A stretch of 51,374 nt of DNA, from the NCBI GenBank assembly GCA_019661785.1, contig JAIFWP010000004.1, positions 1 through 51,374 on the forward strand. Reading direction: 5' to 3'. The notes under the pieces were generated by a model. It had not been told where the DNA came from, did not search any database, and saw only the letters and a list, made by a program, of their open reading frames with translations. Shown in pieces: positions 18,480-28,377 of this stretch. The position numbers and the translations under genes are program-made. This DNA is from Candidatus Parcubacteria bacterium. Lineage in GTDB: Bacteria; Patescibacteriota; Minisyncoccia; Phycocordibacterales; Zambryskibacteraceae. Position 1 is the first letter of the stretch; every line of letters begins with the position of its first letter.

Positions 18480-19034
18480 TTACTCCAAGTTGGAGTGCCG
18501 TGCCCACATAGTCTCGTGAGTCTCCCCCATCTCTTCCATAAGCCTCAAGACTATGGCGTCGAAGAGTATGCCGAGGCTTTGTTCATTAAGGGTCGTCATC
18601 GGCTGGACCGATTTGAGGCCTTCTACTGCTTTGACCTTGGAGGGCGCAGAGACTTTGACGATGATGTCAGCGAGCTCGCCCATGCGCGACTGAGGATTGC
18701 CAGTGATGAGAGCTACACCAGCACCGTTCTTCTTGGCAATGTTCACTATCTGGTAGATAGTCTCGGTTTCGCCCGAGCCAGACGCGACAAACAAGAGGTC
18801 TCCGTGAGCGACAGAAGGCACCGTAGCATCGCCTACCATATGAGAGGCAAGACCCAAATGCCCTAAGCGCATCGCAAAACCCCTCACAGCCATGCCAACT
18901 CTGCCAGCTCCGACTGAAACGACCTTCTTTGCCTCAGTGATAGCGCTCAATAACTTATCGATTTCGCTATCATCGACCTTCGATAAGACTGTTCGTATCT
19001 CTTCGAGGATAGCTTCTACTTGTTTTTTGGCCAT
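18480..19034 (-). CDS. SIS-domain 6-phospho-3-hexuloisomerase-like protein (HxlB/PHI family)
   Basis: Motifs GAGRVG....FAMRLGHLG, SGSGET, QPMTTL.EQ, C-terminal RHSNLE. Confidence 0.88.
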   Translation of the reverse strand: MAKKQVEAILEEIRTVLSKVDDSEIDKLLSAITEAKKVVSVGAGRVGMAVRGFAMRLGHLGLASHMVGDATVPSVAHGDLLFVASGSGETETIYQIVNIAKKNGAGVALITGNPQSRMGELADIIVKVSAPSKVKAVEGLKSVQPMTTLNEQSLGILFDAIVLRLMEEMGETHETMWARHSNLE

Positions 19035-19511
19035 TTATTTGAAGAATTTATCCTTAATATGCAGACAAGCCTCGGCCACCGCTCCCTCTCCGGCCCTGTG
19101 AGTAGTCACGAAGCTCGCCTTTTCACGAGCTAGGTAGAAGGCGCTTGCCGGCGCGATGCTGTAGGCCACGTGAGCAAAGATGTCGACATCGTGCATGCCG
19201 TCTCCCATATATATAGTCTCAGTGAGATCGAAATTCTTCTTGAACCACTCAAGCCTCTCATCCTCGCTCACAAGGTCAAGCTTGAGCTTCATGTCTTCCG
19301 ACACACGCTTCTGTGTTATATCGAAGCCTCTTCTGTCAGCAGAGATGGCTTGGATGTTCATGAGTCCGCTCAGCATCTTAATGCCGTCGTTGTCATGAGG
19401 TCCAAAGACCTTGGCGAACTTCCCATCCTTCGTATACAAAAATTGTCCTGTAGTCAGGACTCCATCAACGTCTAAAATAAGATTCTTCACGTCTCGTTTT
19501 GGCTTGTCCAT
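19035..19511 (-). CDS. KdsC/YrbI-like HAD phosphatase
   Basis: Motifs LILDVDGVLT.G, YMGDG.HD, GEGAVAE. Start reassigned to ATG 19511 (MDKPKRD). Confidence 0.88.
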   Translation of the reverse strand: MDKPKRDVKNLILDVDGVLTTGQFLYTKDGKFAKVFGPHDNDGIKMLSGLMNIQAISADRRGFDITQKRVSEDMKLKLDLVSEDERLEWFKKNFDLTETIYMGDGMHDVDIFAHVAYSIAPASAFYLAREKASFVTTHRAGEGAVAEACLHIKDKFFK

Positions 19512-19539
19512 TTGTGCTACCATACCATAATACTGGCAT
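19512..19539. promoter_or_regulatory. Back-to-back -10 elements in a 28-bp divergent gap (leaderless-type)
   Basis: Minus strand TGgTATGGT lies 7 nt before ATG 19511. Plus strand CATAAT lies 8 nt before ATG 19540. Confidence 0.55.
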
Positions 19540-20826
19540 ATGCAAAGCCTAAGGAGTAAGTTCATATCACTCTTGCGCAGAGGGGAGCGCATTTTCAAGC
19601 TGGATATGACTTATATAGTCAAAGGCAGCTTCTGGACGACTTTGGCTTTCACCATAGGCACCGTAGCCTCTATTGCTACTGGCATAGCCTTCGGCAACTT
19701 ACTGCCGAAGGAGAGCTATGGTATATACAACTATCTGCTGTCTCTCGGAGCTACCCTCTCCTTCCTCACTCTCTCCGGCACAAGTACCGCAGTGATACGC
19801 GCTGTAGCCCGCGGGTATGAGAATGTCGTCCCGGCAGCGCTCCGCCTACAGCTCAAGTACAACCTCATAGCCATGAGTATGGTGCTCTGCGGCGCAGCTT
19901 ACTATGCTTATAAGGCCAATATGCTGTTTGCCGCGGCGCTCGCGATGCTTGCGTTCGCTTATCCCATCTCTCAAGCCTTCCATATACACTATCAAGTCCT
20001 CACAGGTAGAAAGCGCTTCGATCTCTTAACGAAGATTAGCTGCATCGTTACGCCAATCTCCATGTTCTCGACTTTGGCAGCCTTACTTCTTACGCATAAT
20101 GTGCTTATCCTTATAGCGACCTTCGCCTTTGTCTCTATAGTGTCGAACATCGCTGTATACAAATTCGTCACTAGGGATATCGACAAGTCCACTCCGGACC
20201 CAGAACAGATTAAGGAGATGCGCCGCACCTCCTTCCATCTTACAGGAGCCGGACTCATAGGCACTGCCGCGCAATATATAGACAAGATAGTGCTCTTCCA
20301 TGTCTCCGGCGCTGCGCCGCTCGCTATATACGCCTTCGCCTTGGCCGGACCGGACAGGCTGCAAAGCCTCGTGAAGAACTGGCTCAGCATCGCTCTGCCA
20401 AACTTGGCTCAGAGGACGCTGCCTGAGATACGCCAGGTCGTATATAAGCGCATAGGCTACTCCATGCTCATAGGCGCAGCCCTGTTCTTGGCTTACTTCA
20501 TTGCGGCTCCGTTCCTCTTCAAGCTCCTCTTGCCGCGCTACTTGGATGCGATCTTGTACTCTAGAGTGCAGGCGCTCAGCCTTATCATCATCCCCGCTTC
20601 TATATACATGGGAAGCGTCTTCTCTCAGCAGAATATGCTTCGAGCCACTTACGCCCAAAGCACGGGAAGCCAGGTTATCTACATACTGCTAGTACTCCTC
20701 TTCGGAGCTAAATGGCACATATGGGGTCTTATCGCCGCGTCGCTCCTGTCGACGACAATGAATGCCGTGTACAGCATCATCGTATGGGAAATAGAATCCC
20801 GCCGCCTAATCAAGAAGAATGCCTAA
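19540..20826 (+). CDS. Wzx-type oligosaccharide flippase
   Basis: About 12 TM helices, LLPKESYGIYNY, IDKIVL.......AIY.FA (MOP/PST family pattern). Confidence 0.88.
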   Translation: MQSLRSKFISLLRRGERIFKLDMTYIVKGSFWTTLAFTIGTVASIATGIAFGNLLPKESYGIYNYLLSLGATLSFLTLSGTSTAVIRAVARGYENVVPAALRLQLKYNLIAMSMVLCGAAYYAYKANMLFAAALAMLAFAYPISQAFHIHYQVLTGRKRFDLLTKISCIVTPISMFSTLAALLLTHNVLILIATFAFVSIVSNIAVYKFVTRDIDKSTPDPEQIKEMRRTSFHLTGAGLIGTAAQYIDKIVLFHVSGAAPLAIYAFALAGPDRLQSLVKNWLSIALPNLAQRTLPEIRQVVYKRIGYSMLIGAALFLAYFIAAPFLFKLLLPRYLDAILYSRVQALSLIIIPASIYMGSVFSQQNMLRATYAQSTGSQVIYILLVLLFGAKWHIWGLIAASLLSTTMNAVYSIIVWEIESRRLIKKNA

Positions 20827-21469
20827 ACAGCGCACGTCGCTCTCCATCTCGGTGAGAAGACATTTCGTAGACCAATTCTTTTTCTCCCACTCGAGCCTTT
20901 TCAAGAGCGGAGTAGAGGTGATAGACATCGGGGGCAAAAAGGTGGGCAAACGCGGACTCTTCGATATCGGCAAACTCAGTGCGCACGTGACTTATGTAAA
21001 TATCGAAGAGAAGGATGCGCCAGACATCATTGCTGATGCCTCAAGCATCCCTGTGGCTGACAGCTCGTATGACATCGCTCTAGCTGGCGAACTCATGGAA
21101 CATGTGCCAAATCCAAGCCTTGTCCTTAAAGAAGCCTATCGTTTGCTAAAGCCCGGAGGCAAACTCCTTATCACGGTGCCTTTCCTCTACCCTGTGCACG
21201 CAGACCCTTTCGACTACGGACGATATACGGACTACTACTGGCAGAGAGCATCCGATTCCACAGGCTTCAAGAGCATACATATAGAGCGCCAAGGAGCCGT
21301 ATTCGCTGTAGCGGCCCTTATGGTCCAGCACATCTTCAGAGCCAAGCAAAAGTCTTGGAGTCCTATACAGAACACTCTTGTGAAGTTCTTCATGTGGCTC
21401 GACAGCAAGACTGCATCCCCTCTCCTTAAGGCCTGGACAACCGGCTACGGTATAATACTGACCAAATGA
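20819..21469 (+). CDS. Class I SAM-dependent methyltransferase
   Basis: Motifs VIDIGG, IIADA, ELMEHVPNP...RLLKPGG...VPFLYPVH..P.DY.R. Confidence 0.88.
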   Translation: MPKQRTSLSISVRRHFVDQFFFSHSSLFKSGVEVIDIGGKKVGKRGLFDIGKLSAHVTYVNIEEKDAPDIIADASSIPVADSSYDIALAGELMEHVPNPSLVLKEAYRLLKPGGKLLITVPFLYPVHADPFDYGRYTDYYWQRASDSTGFKSIHIERQGAVFAVAALMVQHIFRAKQKSWSPIQNTLVKFFMWLDSKTASPLLKAWTTGYGIILTK

Positions 21470-23226
21470 AGATATTAGGGATATCACTTGGACACGACTC
21501 GAACTTTGCCTTGGTCGAAGACGGTAAGATTGTAGCCATGATGGAGGCCGAACGCTTCTTCCGGCAGAAGCGCTACAAGCTCTCGGCAGAGAGGCTCGAA
21601 GCAGGCAAATTCATAAGCACTTACCAGTATGTCGACATAGAAGACCTCAAGCGCTTCCTTGATATGGTGAAGGGCGAGTGGGGTAAGGATTTTGACGCGG
21701 TGGCCGTGCAGAACCAAGGACGCAAGCAGGAATTCGACAATCTCCTCACCGTCTTGAAGGATAAAGGTTTTGTCTGGAAGTATGCTCACCATATAAACCA
21801 TCACCTCTCGCACGCCGCTCTCTCTTACTTCACCTCCCCCTTCAGCGAATCCTTAGTGCTCTCATACGATGGCATAGGGAACGACGGCAGGACAGTCTTC
21901 TTCCATGGACATGGCAATAAACTCGATTATTTATCGAATATCCCTATCGCCTTTGGCCAGAGTTACAACAACTTGGGATATATCCTTGGTATCAAACCAG
22001 AGATTGATGGCAGTACGGCAGGTAAGCTCATGGGCCTCACCTCATATGGCGCAGTGCGCGAGTCTTGGGTATCGCAAATACGTAAATATGTTTTAAATTA
22101 CAGGAAGCTATCATCACTCGACCTTGAGGAGCTCCAGCAAGCCGGCAAAGGAGCTCAGTTCAATGCTCTATATCTTGAAGACATCCCCGAGCTCGCCAAA
22201 TACCGCACCCTGCGAGCTACGCCCAAGAACTTCAAAGACAAGCTGAAGCTCTTCTTAGGCCTCTTGCCACGCTATGACTTGCTTCTCCCTGGTCCCAAGG
22301 ACAAGGACTCCCAGGATTTAGCCGCTACTCTCCAGCAGGTCTGGACCGAGGAAGTGATGAACCTTATACGAGGACACAAGAGCAACTTCAAGAACCTCTG
22401 CGTCGTCGGCGGCTGCGCGCTAAATGGCACAACAAACTATGTGATAGAGAAGAGTCGCCTCTTTGAGCGAGCTCATTTCATACCGAACCCTTCTGACTGC
22501 GGGCTCTCCGGTGGCGCAGCTCTCTACGCTTACTACGCTCTGCATGGGCATGAGTTCAAGGGCCGAGAGGAGTACTACTCCCCTTACCTCGGCTCTCTGC
22601 CGTACGACATGTCGAGGCTCGACACATTGCGCCAAGCCTATCCGCACAAAGAAGTAGCTCCTGAAAAGATGCCCGAGACTCTGGCCAAGCTCGTATCGCG
22701 AGACCTTATCATCGGCTACATAAATGGCAGGTACGAAGTGGGCCCGCGTGCGCTCGGCAATCGCTCTATCTTCTGCAATCCCTTGAACAAAGACATGCGC
22801 GAGATACTTAACGACAAGGTCAAGCACAGAGAGTGGTACCGTCCCTTCGCTCCCATGGTCACCGAGGAAGACTCGAAGAAATACTTCACGAACGAGGCTC
22901 CGGTCCCCTATATGTCTGTCATCTGTTATACGCGAGAGGAGTATCGCGACAAGCTCCCTTCTATTACCCACGTCGACGGCAGCGCAAGGATACAAACCAT
23001 AAATCCTGGCCAAAACCCTCTTATATACAAAGCCTTGAAGGAGTTCGAGCAATTAAGCGGCATGCCCATCTTCCTCAACACCTCATACAACCCGGCTGGC
23101 GAACCGATACTCAACTTCGTAGAAGCCGGGGTTAAGATGCTCGACGACACAGATATGGACTTGGTTATTGTCGGCAATACTGTATTCTCTACTCATGCTA
23201 AGAGCTCTCTTCTCGAAACCCTATAG
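21466..23226 (+). CDS. O-carbamoyltransferase (NodU/CmcH/TobZ family)
   Basis: Motifs GHDS, ERF.RQK, HHLSHAA, DGIG, GKLMGL.SYG, GGCALN, GPRALGNRSI, KHREWYRPFAP, HVDGSARIQT, LNTSYN. Confidence 0.95.
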   Translation: MKILGISLGHDSNFALVEDGKIVAMMEAERFFRQKRYKLSAERLEAGKFISTYQYVDIEDLKRFLDMVKGEWGKDFDAVAVQNQGRKQEFDNLLTVLKDKGFVWKYAHHINHHLSHAALSYFTSPFSESLVLSYDGIGNDGRTVFFHGHGNKLDYLSNIPIAFGQSYNNLGYILGIKPEIDGSTAGKLMGLTSYGAVRESWVSQIRKYVLNYRKLSSLDLEELQQAGKGAQFNALYLEDIPELAKYRTLRATPKNFKDKLKLFLGLLPRYDLLLPGPKDKDSQDLAATLQQVWTEEVMNLIRGHKSNFKNLCVVGGCALNGTTNYVIEKSRLFERAHFIPNPSDCGLSGGAALYAYYALHGHEFKGREEYYSPYLGSLPYDMSRLDTLRQAYPHKEVAPEKMPETLAKLVSRDLIIGYINGRYEVGPRALGNRSIFCNPLNKDMREILNDKVKHREWYRPFAPMVTEEDSKKYFTNEAPVPYMSVICYTREEYRDKLPSITHVDGSARIQTINPGQNPLIYKALKEFEQLSGMPIFLNTSYNPAGEPILNFVEAGVKMLDDTDMDLVIVGNTVFSTHAKSSLLETL

Positions 23227-24235
23227 CCGACTCTTCATCGTCGGCGACAACGCCGGCTGGGTCATCGACGACGAGGCTCGCGCCCTCCTCTCTACAGCAA
23301 GCGAACTCAGCATCCCGGCCGAGCAGGTCAAGCATGTCAGGTGGAATCTCCCTCGAGCCGTGCACTATATGTCACAGTTTAGCCTCATCGATGAGTCCAT
23401 ATACAAAAACAAACATCGCATCTCGGTAGACTACTTCCACGGCAAACCAGACCAGCAGGAAAGCTTCAGGCTATGCTTTGAAGCTATAAGAAAGCATCAT
23501 GGCAACATAGCAAGAGTCAGAGTCTCGACTAAAGAGATGGGAGAGCTCATAAAGACGACTGGCATCGACCCAAAGAAGGTCATGCGCATACCAATAGCCG
23601 TGGATACAGAACTCTTCACGCCCGTCACAGCGAAGAAAAGAGCTCATGCGCGCGCAAGACTCGGTATATCAGAGAGTGCTGTAGTAGTCGGCTCCTTCCA
23701 GAAGGATGGCAACGGCTGGGACGAGGGCAATGAGCCCAAGCTCATCAAAGGCCCCGACATCTTCCTTAAGGCTGTCGGTGAATTAAAGCAGAGCATACCC
23801 AATTTACACATCCTTCTCTCCGGTCCTGCGCGCGGATATGTCAAAAACGGCTTGGATAAACTTTCTATTCCCTACCACCACGAGTATCTCAAGGACCCCA
23901 ATGACGTCGCAGAACTCTACGATGCCCTGGACCTATACATTATCGCCTCGCGCGAGGAGGGCGGCCCCAAGGCCTGTCTCGACTCTATGGCCAAGGGCAT
24001 CCCTCTCGTTACTACCAAAGTCGGACAATGTGCAGACCTTGTAGTGCATGGCAAGAACGGCATGATGACCCCTATTGAAGATACCCATGCCTTAGCCGCC
24101 TCTGCGCTCGAAGTGCTTGGCAATGACGCTCTCAGAAACTCTCTAAGGGAGAATGGTATTCTCACTGCCTTAGAGAACAACCACGAGTCTCAACTCCCGC
24201 TCTGGAAAGAATATTTAACTGCTCTCGTCGACTAA
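23195..24235 (+). CDS. Glycosyltransferase family 4
   Basis: Motifs KGPDIF, YDALDLYIIASREEGGP...SMAKGIPLV. ATG at 23195 chosen as start. Confidence 0.88.
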   Translation: MLRALFSKPYSRLFIVGDNAGWVIDDEARALLSTASELSIPAEQVKHVRWNLPRAVHYMSQFSLIDESIYKNKHRISVDYFHGKPDQQESFRLCFEAIRKHHGNIARVRVSTKEMGELIKTTGIDPKKVMRIPIAVDTELFTPVTAKKRAHARARLGISESAVVVGSFQKDGNGWDEGNEPKLIKGPDIFLKAVGELKQSIPNLHILLSGPARGYVKNGLDKLSIPYHHEYLKDPNDVAELYDALDLYIIASREEGGPKACLDSMAKGIPLVTTKVGQCADLVVHGKNGMMTPIEDTHALAASALEVLGNDALRNSLRENGILTALENNHESQLPLWKEYLTALVD

Positions 24236-24236
24236 T

Positions 24237-25010
24237 ATGAACCGTACTTGGACTGCGCTCAAGAGATCTGTATATATCTTCTTCTACTCGCTCACATTCA
24301 TACCGTTCTTGGTTTGGCTTAGGTTCTGGTTCACTTTTGAGAATGAGACACCGATATCGCTCGATGGCCTCCGAGTATATATGAGGACCGGGAGCATGAG
24401 GTCAAAAATCGTGGACTTATACATGGCTGTGGGCGACATACTTTGGAGACAGTACGAGCAGCCTGACTACAAGCTAAGCAAGGACGCTGTCGTACTCGAA
24501 ATCGGCAGCCACATAGGCTCCTTCGCCCTCCTCGCGAGCATAGAGGCCGGACGCGTTATAACCTTTGAGCCCGATAAAAGGAACTTCGACATCTTAAAGA
24601 AAAATATCGAGGCCAACGGTGCAACGAACATCACAGCAGTAAACAAGGCTGTGTCCGACACCACAGGCAAAATCCTTCTCTATAAAGATGAGCGCAACAG
24701 TGCGGCTCATAGCATTGTCACAGGCAAGGGCGTGGCGGAAGAAGTCGAAAGCCTCTCTCTCAATGATATGTTCGATAACTTCGGCATAGAGACTTGCCAC
24801 TTCATGAAGTTAGACTGCGAGGGCGCTGAATTCGCCATCCTTAGAGGAACGAGTCTCGAGACGCTCCGCAAGATAAAACGCATCTCTATGGAATACCACG
24901 AGGGTTACGCTCTAGAAGATTTACTCGACATCTTAACCAACTCTGGTTTTGAGATAACAAAGAATGAGCCCGATACTGCTTACCAGGGCCAAATATGGGC
25001 CAAGCGGTAA
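24237..25010 (+). CDS. FkbM family methyltransferase
   Basis: Motifs VLEIGSHIG, FEPD, MKLDCEGAE, MEYH. Confidence 0.9.
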   Translation: MNRTWTALKRSVYIFFYSLTFIPFLVWLRFWFTFENETPISLDGLRVYMRTGSMRSKIVDLYMAVGDILWRQYEQPDYKLSKDAVVLEIGSHIGSFALLASIEAGRVITFEPDKRNFDILKKNIEANGATNITAVNKAVSDTTGKILLYKDERNSAAHSIVTGKGVAEEVESLSLNDMFDNFGIETCHFMKLDCEGAEFAILRGTSLETLRKIKRISMEYHEGYALEDLLDILTNSGFEITKNEPDTAYQGQIWAKR

Positions 25011-26102
25011 CTACTTTCTAAAGAGTCTCTTGTAAGCAAAGAAGCTCCATACGGCAATGATAGCGCTCGCGCAAGCCTGAGCTAGGACGTAGTGCATGCG
25101 CAAACGCTCCACCAAGATATACAAAATGGCATCGTTGGCTGCCAGATTCAATAGGCCAACAAGCAGATATGTAAAAACTTGTCCGGGCAAGCGCTCGCGT
25201 GATGCGTCAGCGAAGGCCCAGAACTTCTGCAAGTAGAAGCTCACCCCCAAAGCAATCATGAAAGATGCTGTGGCCGAGAGGATATACCAAAAGCCAAATA
25301 CAGAGGTGAGGATATATAGCAGCAAGATGTTTGTGCCCGCGCCTATAGCCCCAGCCACTAGGAAGAAAGCCACAGCCCTGCCCCTCTCGGGAGTATTAAA
25401 TCTGGCTATGTCATAGAGAGCCGAGACGCCATCCTGCCACTTAACCTTCTTGCCCTCAAGAACTGAGCGCCCATAATAAGAGATTGGGACTTCGACTATG
25501 CGGAATTTCTTTATGCGGGCAGTCATCTCCGGCTCGATACTGAATCCCTGTGAGACGAGTTCCATCTTGATGGCATCAACTACAGGACGGCTGAACATCT
25601 TGTAGCAAGTCTCCATGTCCTCTATGCGTAGGCCAGTGAAGAGGTTCGACCAAAAAGTAAGGAGCCGGTTTGCCATCTTGCTAATGGACCTCATGCCAGA
25701 GGGTCTGCCGGCGTGAAGGAAGCGCGAACCATAGACCACGTCCGCCTTGCCGTCGAGTATGGGAGCTAAGAGCTTGGCATAATCGTTCGGGTCATACTCC
25801 AAGTCCGCGTCTTGGATTATGACGAAGTCCCCCTTGGCCGCTCTAAGACCATCGATGACAGATGCGCCCTTGCCCCTGTTCCTCTCATGCTGGATGATGA
25901 CATGTCTCGATGGCAAGTACTTAATGATGTCTAAAGTGCGGTCCGTAGAGCCGTCATCAACCACGATAATCTCTCGGCTTATGTTCGCTGGGAGGGGGGC
26001 CCTCTCTACCCTATCTAAGAGCTCTTTTAGAGTTTTCTCTTCGTTGTATGTAGGGACAATAATAGAGAGAAGAAGGTCTTTTTCGGGCCGTCCGGATTTC
26101 AT
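25011..26102 (-). CDS. GT2 polyprenol-phosphate glycosyltransferase fused to a GtrA flippase domain
   Basis: IIVPTYNE, VVDDGSTD, NRGKG, QDADLEYDP, DMETCYK, followed by a 4-TM GtrA-like domain (SFYLQKFWAF). Confidence 0.9.
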   Translation of the reverse strand: MKSGRPEKDLLLSIIVPTYNEEKTLKELLDRVERAPLPANISREIIVVDDGSTDRTLDIIKYLPSRHVIIQHERNRGKGASVIDGLRAAKGDFVIIQDADLEYDPNDYAKLLAPILDGKADVVYGSRFLHAGRPSGMRSISKMANRLLTFWSNLFTGLRIEDMETCYKMFSRPVVDAIKMELVSQGFSIEPEMTARIKKFRIVEVPISYYGRSVLEGKKVKWQDGVSALYDIARFNTPERGRAVAFFLVAGAIGAGTNILLLYILTSVFGFWYILSATASFMIALGVSFYLQKFWAFADASRERLPGQVFTYLLVGLLNLAANDAILYILVERLRMHYVLAQACASAIIAVWSFFAYKRLFRK

Positions 26103-26127
26103 ATATCATGCTAGTATACGCTATAAC

Positions 26128-27405
26128 ATGAGCCGGATTAAATCCCTGTGGCACACCTTGCCAGAGCGTCCATATATGGTCATAGCCGGGATAATCGTGA
26201 GCATTTTCCTCATCTCGGTCAACATGGCCTGGCTCAACCCTGACTCAGCCTACGTGATAAAAACAAACCCGAGGATACCGATACTCTGGCAGTACAACGG
26301 CGACGCCGCGGTCGAATTCCTCTCTGCGGCCTACTTCCCAGAATACTTCCGAGTCGACAAGACTCGCACCAATAGGCCGGGCTACCCCGTCATAGCCAAA
26401 GCTCTCGGTGAAGTCTATGGACTCATCGCTCTGCCCATACACAAACTGAATCCTTTGCAAAAAGGCATCCTCGGCTATATGACCATGAAGCTCCTCGTCT
26501 ACTTCTTTGCCGCTGCGGGCTTATACCAAATAGTCAGGCGCTGGGCCTCCAAGAACGTGGCTCTCCTCTCGGTGGTCCTTACTTTCTTCCATCCTTTCGC
26601 CGTGCGCTACAGCGGGACCTTCCACACTTCGGAACTCCAGTTTATTACTCCGATATTCTTCGTCTGGCTCTGGCTTAAGCTCGGCGACAGTTACTCGCAC
26701 AAGAAGAACATCTTCTTCTCTCTCCTCGCCGGCTTTATGATGCTCGTAAAGCAAAACTACGCTCCATATCTCGCCATCCTCCTGTATAGCTTCTTCGTCA
26801 AAAGGAAATACAAGGAATCAGTGCTGAGCTTTATCGCGCACCTCGTGCCGCTCGCAATATGGCTCCTAGCTTTGAAGTTCCTACACCTCCCCTACTACAA
26901 CCACGAAGCCGCGACAAACGGCGACGGCATCTGGATACTGCAGTTGTTTGTGAAGAATCCGCTCGAGGTACTTGGAGTTTTGTTCTCAACGACTAAGGAC
27001 TGGCTCGCTATGATAGCGGGGTACTTCACCATCTTCGCCTTCCTCGCTCCTCTCGCCTTCTCCATACCAGAGCTGCGAAACACATTCACCAAGGAGCTGC
27101 AAGCCTTCCTCTTCATTCTTATGGGCGCTAATTGGCTCCAGTTCTTGGCTGCTAAGAGCCTTGCTCCATACCTCACTTCAGACTTGGCAATATTTATTTT
27201 CCCCCTATCCGCATACCTCATATACGCCTTCATTGAGCGCCGCAACCTTAAAAGATTCATCCCCGTCTTTGCTGGCCTATATCTCCTTGTAGGACTCATA
27301 AGCATCATCCATTTCCCATGGGTACACCCGTTTAACCAGCAGGGCATAACGAACCCCGACCGCGTAAAGCTCCTAGAAGAAGGTAGATTGGTGCCTAGGC
27401 AATAA
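26128..27405 (+). CDS. Multi-pass membrane protein, probable GT-C glycosyltransferase
   Basis: Start reassigned to ATG 26128 (MSRIKS). External loop NGD...RPGYP, about 10-11 TM helices, SE and LVKQN motifs. Divergent from the GT2-GtrA gene. Confidence 0.7.
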   Translation: MSRIKSLWHTLPERPYMVIAGIIVSIFLISVNMAWLNPDSAYVIKTNPRIPILWQYNGDAAVEFLSAAYFPEYFRVDKTRTNRPGYPVIAKALGEVYGLIALPIHKLNPLQKGILGYMTMKLLVYFFAAAGLYQIVRRWASKNVALLSVVLTFFHPFAVRYSGTFHTSELQFITPIFFVWLWLKLGDSYSHKKNIFFSLLAGFMMLVKQNYAPYLAILLYSFFVKRKYKESVLSFIAHLVPLAIWLLALKFLHLPYYNHEAATNGDGIWILQLFVKNPLEVLGVLFSTTKDWLAMIAGYFTIFAFLAPLAFSIPELRNTFTKELQAFLFILMGANWLQFLAAKSLAPYLTSDLAIFIFPLSAYLIYAFIERRNLKRFIPVFAGLYLLVGLISIIHFPWVHPFNQQGITNPDRVKLLEEGRLVPRQ

Positions 27406-27421
27406 GAGGTATAATGCCTGT

Positions 27422-28375
27422 ATGGATATCTTAAAAGGGCTCAAACGCTTGGTAAATGGGCCGGAAATCTCTATCTTTCATAAGTTCCAGAAGCCCCCTT
27501 ATGGCGGCGGGAACCAGTTCCTCATGGCTCTGACCAAAGAGATTAAAAGCCGCGGTGTCGACATTGGCCAGAATGCCATAGGTCCGAGTACGAAGTCTGT
27601 CCTCTTCAACTCCTTCGAATTCGACAAGAACGACCTCGCCAGAGGCCGAGAGAGGTTCCACCCGCGCATGATACAGCGCCTCGCCGGACCCATAGGCACT
27701 TACCGCGGCACTGACGACAAAGTAGACCGCGAGATATGGGCCTGGAACGAGCAGTTCGCCGACGCAACGATATTCATCTCCGACTATTCGTATAAAAAGT
27801 ATCTTGAGCTCGGTCTTGTATACAAAGAGCCCCGCACTATATTGAATGCCTGCGACCCCGACATCTTCAACAGGCACGGACGCTCCGCTCCTCCAGACGG
27901 CTCGCGCAAGGTGCGCCTCATAGCCACAGCTTGGTCCGACAATGTGAAGAAGGGCGGCCCTCTCCTCTCATGGCTCGATGCGCATCTCGACCACTCCAAA
28001 TACGAGCTCACCTTCGTTGGGCGCACTAAGGCCGAGTTCAAGGGGGCCAAGGTTATAGAACCTGTACCCTCAGAGAAGCTCGCCGAAATACTCAAGCAAA
28101 ATGACATCTACATCGCTCCGAGCCAAGACGACCCATGCTCGAACGCTCTTGTCGAAGCCCTAACCTGCGGCTTGCCAGCCGTGTTCCTTAAGTCTGGCGG
28201 CCATCCCGAGCTAGTCAAAGAAGGAGGTGAAGCCTTCACCGGAGAAAATGACGTGCTCGAAGCCATCGACAAGGTAGCGGCAAACTATGCGAGATACCAA
28301 GGTCTCATATCCAACCCGACCATGCGCGAGACTGCGGATAAGTATCTCGAAGTCTTCTTGCCCAAGCGAACATAG
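27422..28375 (+). CDS. Glycosyltransferase family 4
   Basis: Motifs PYGGGNQF, KKGG, DIYIAPSQDDPCSNALVEALTCGLP...SGGHPELV. Confidence 0.9.
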   Translation: MDILKGLKRLVNGPEISIFHKFQKPPYGGGNQFLMALTKEIKSRGVDIGQNAIGPSTKSVLFNSFEFDKNDLARGRERFHPRMIQRLAGPIGTYRGTDDKVDREIWAWNEQFADATIFISDYSYKKYLELGLVYKEPRTILNACDPDIFNRHGRSAPPDGSRKVRLIATAWSDNVKKGGPLLSWLDAHLDHSKYELTFVGRTKAEFKGAKVIEPVPSEKLAEILKQNDIYIAPSQDDPCSNALVEALTCGLPAVFLKSGGHPELVKEGGEAFTGENDVLEAIDKVAANYARYQGLISNPTMRETADKYLEVFLPKRT

Positions 28376-28377
28376 AG

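Noticed and set aside
17775-19034. RuMP formaldehyde-fixation pathway
   Set aside because: hxlA is absent from the window, and the genes are coupled to a nucleotidyltransferase inside a glycan locus.
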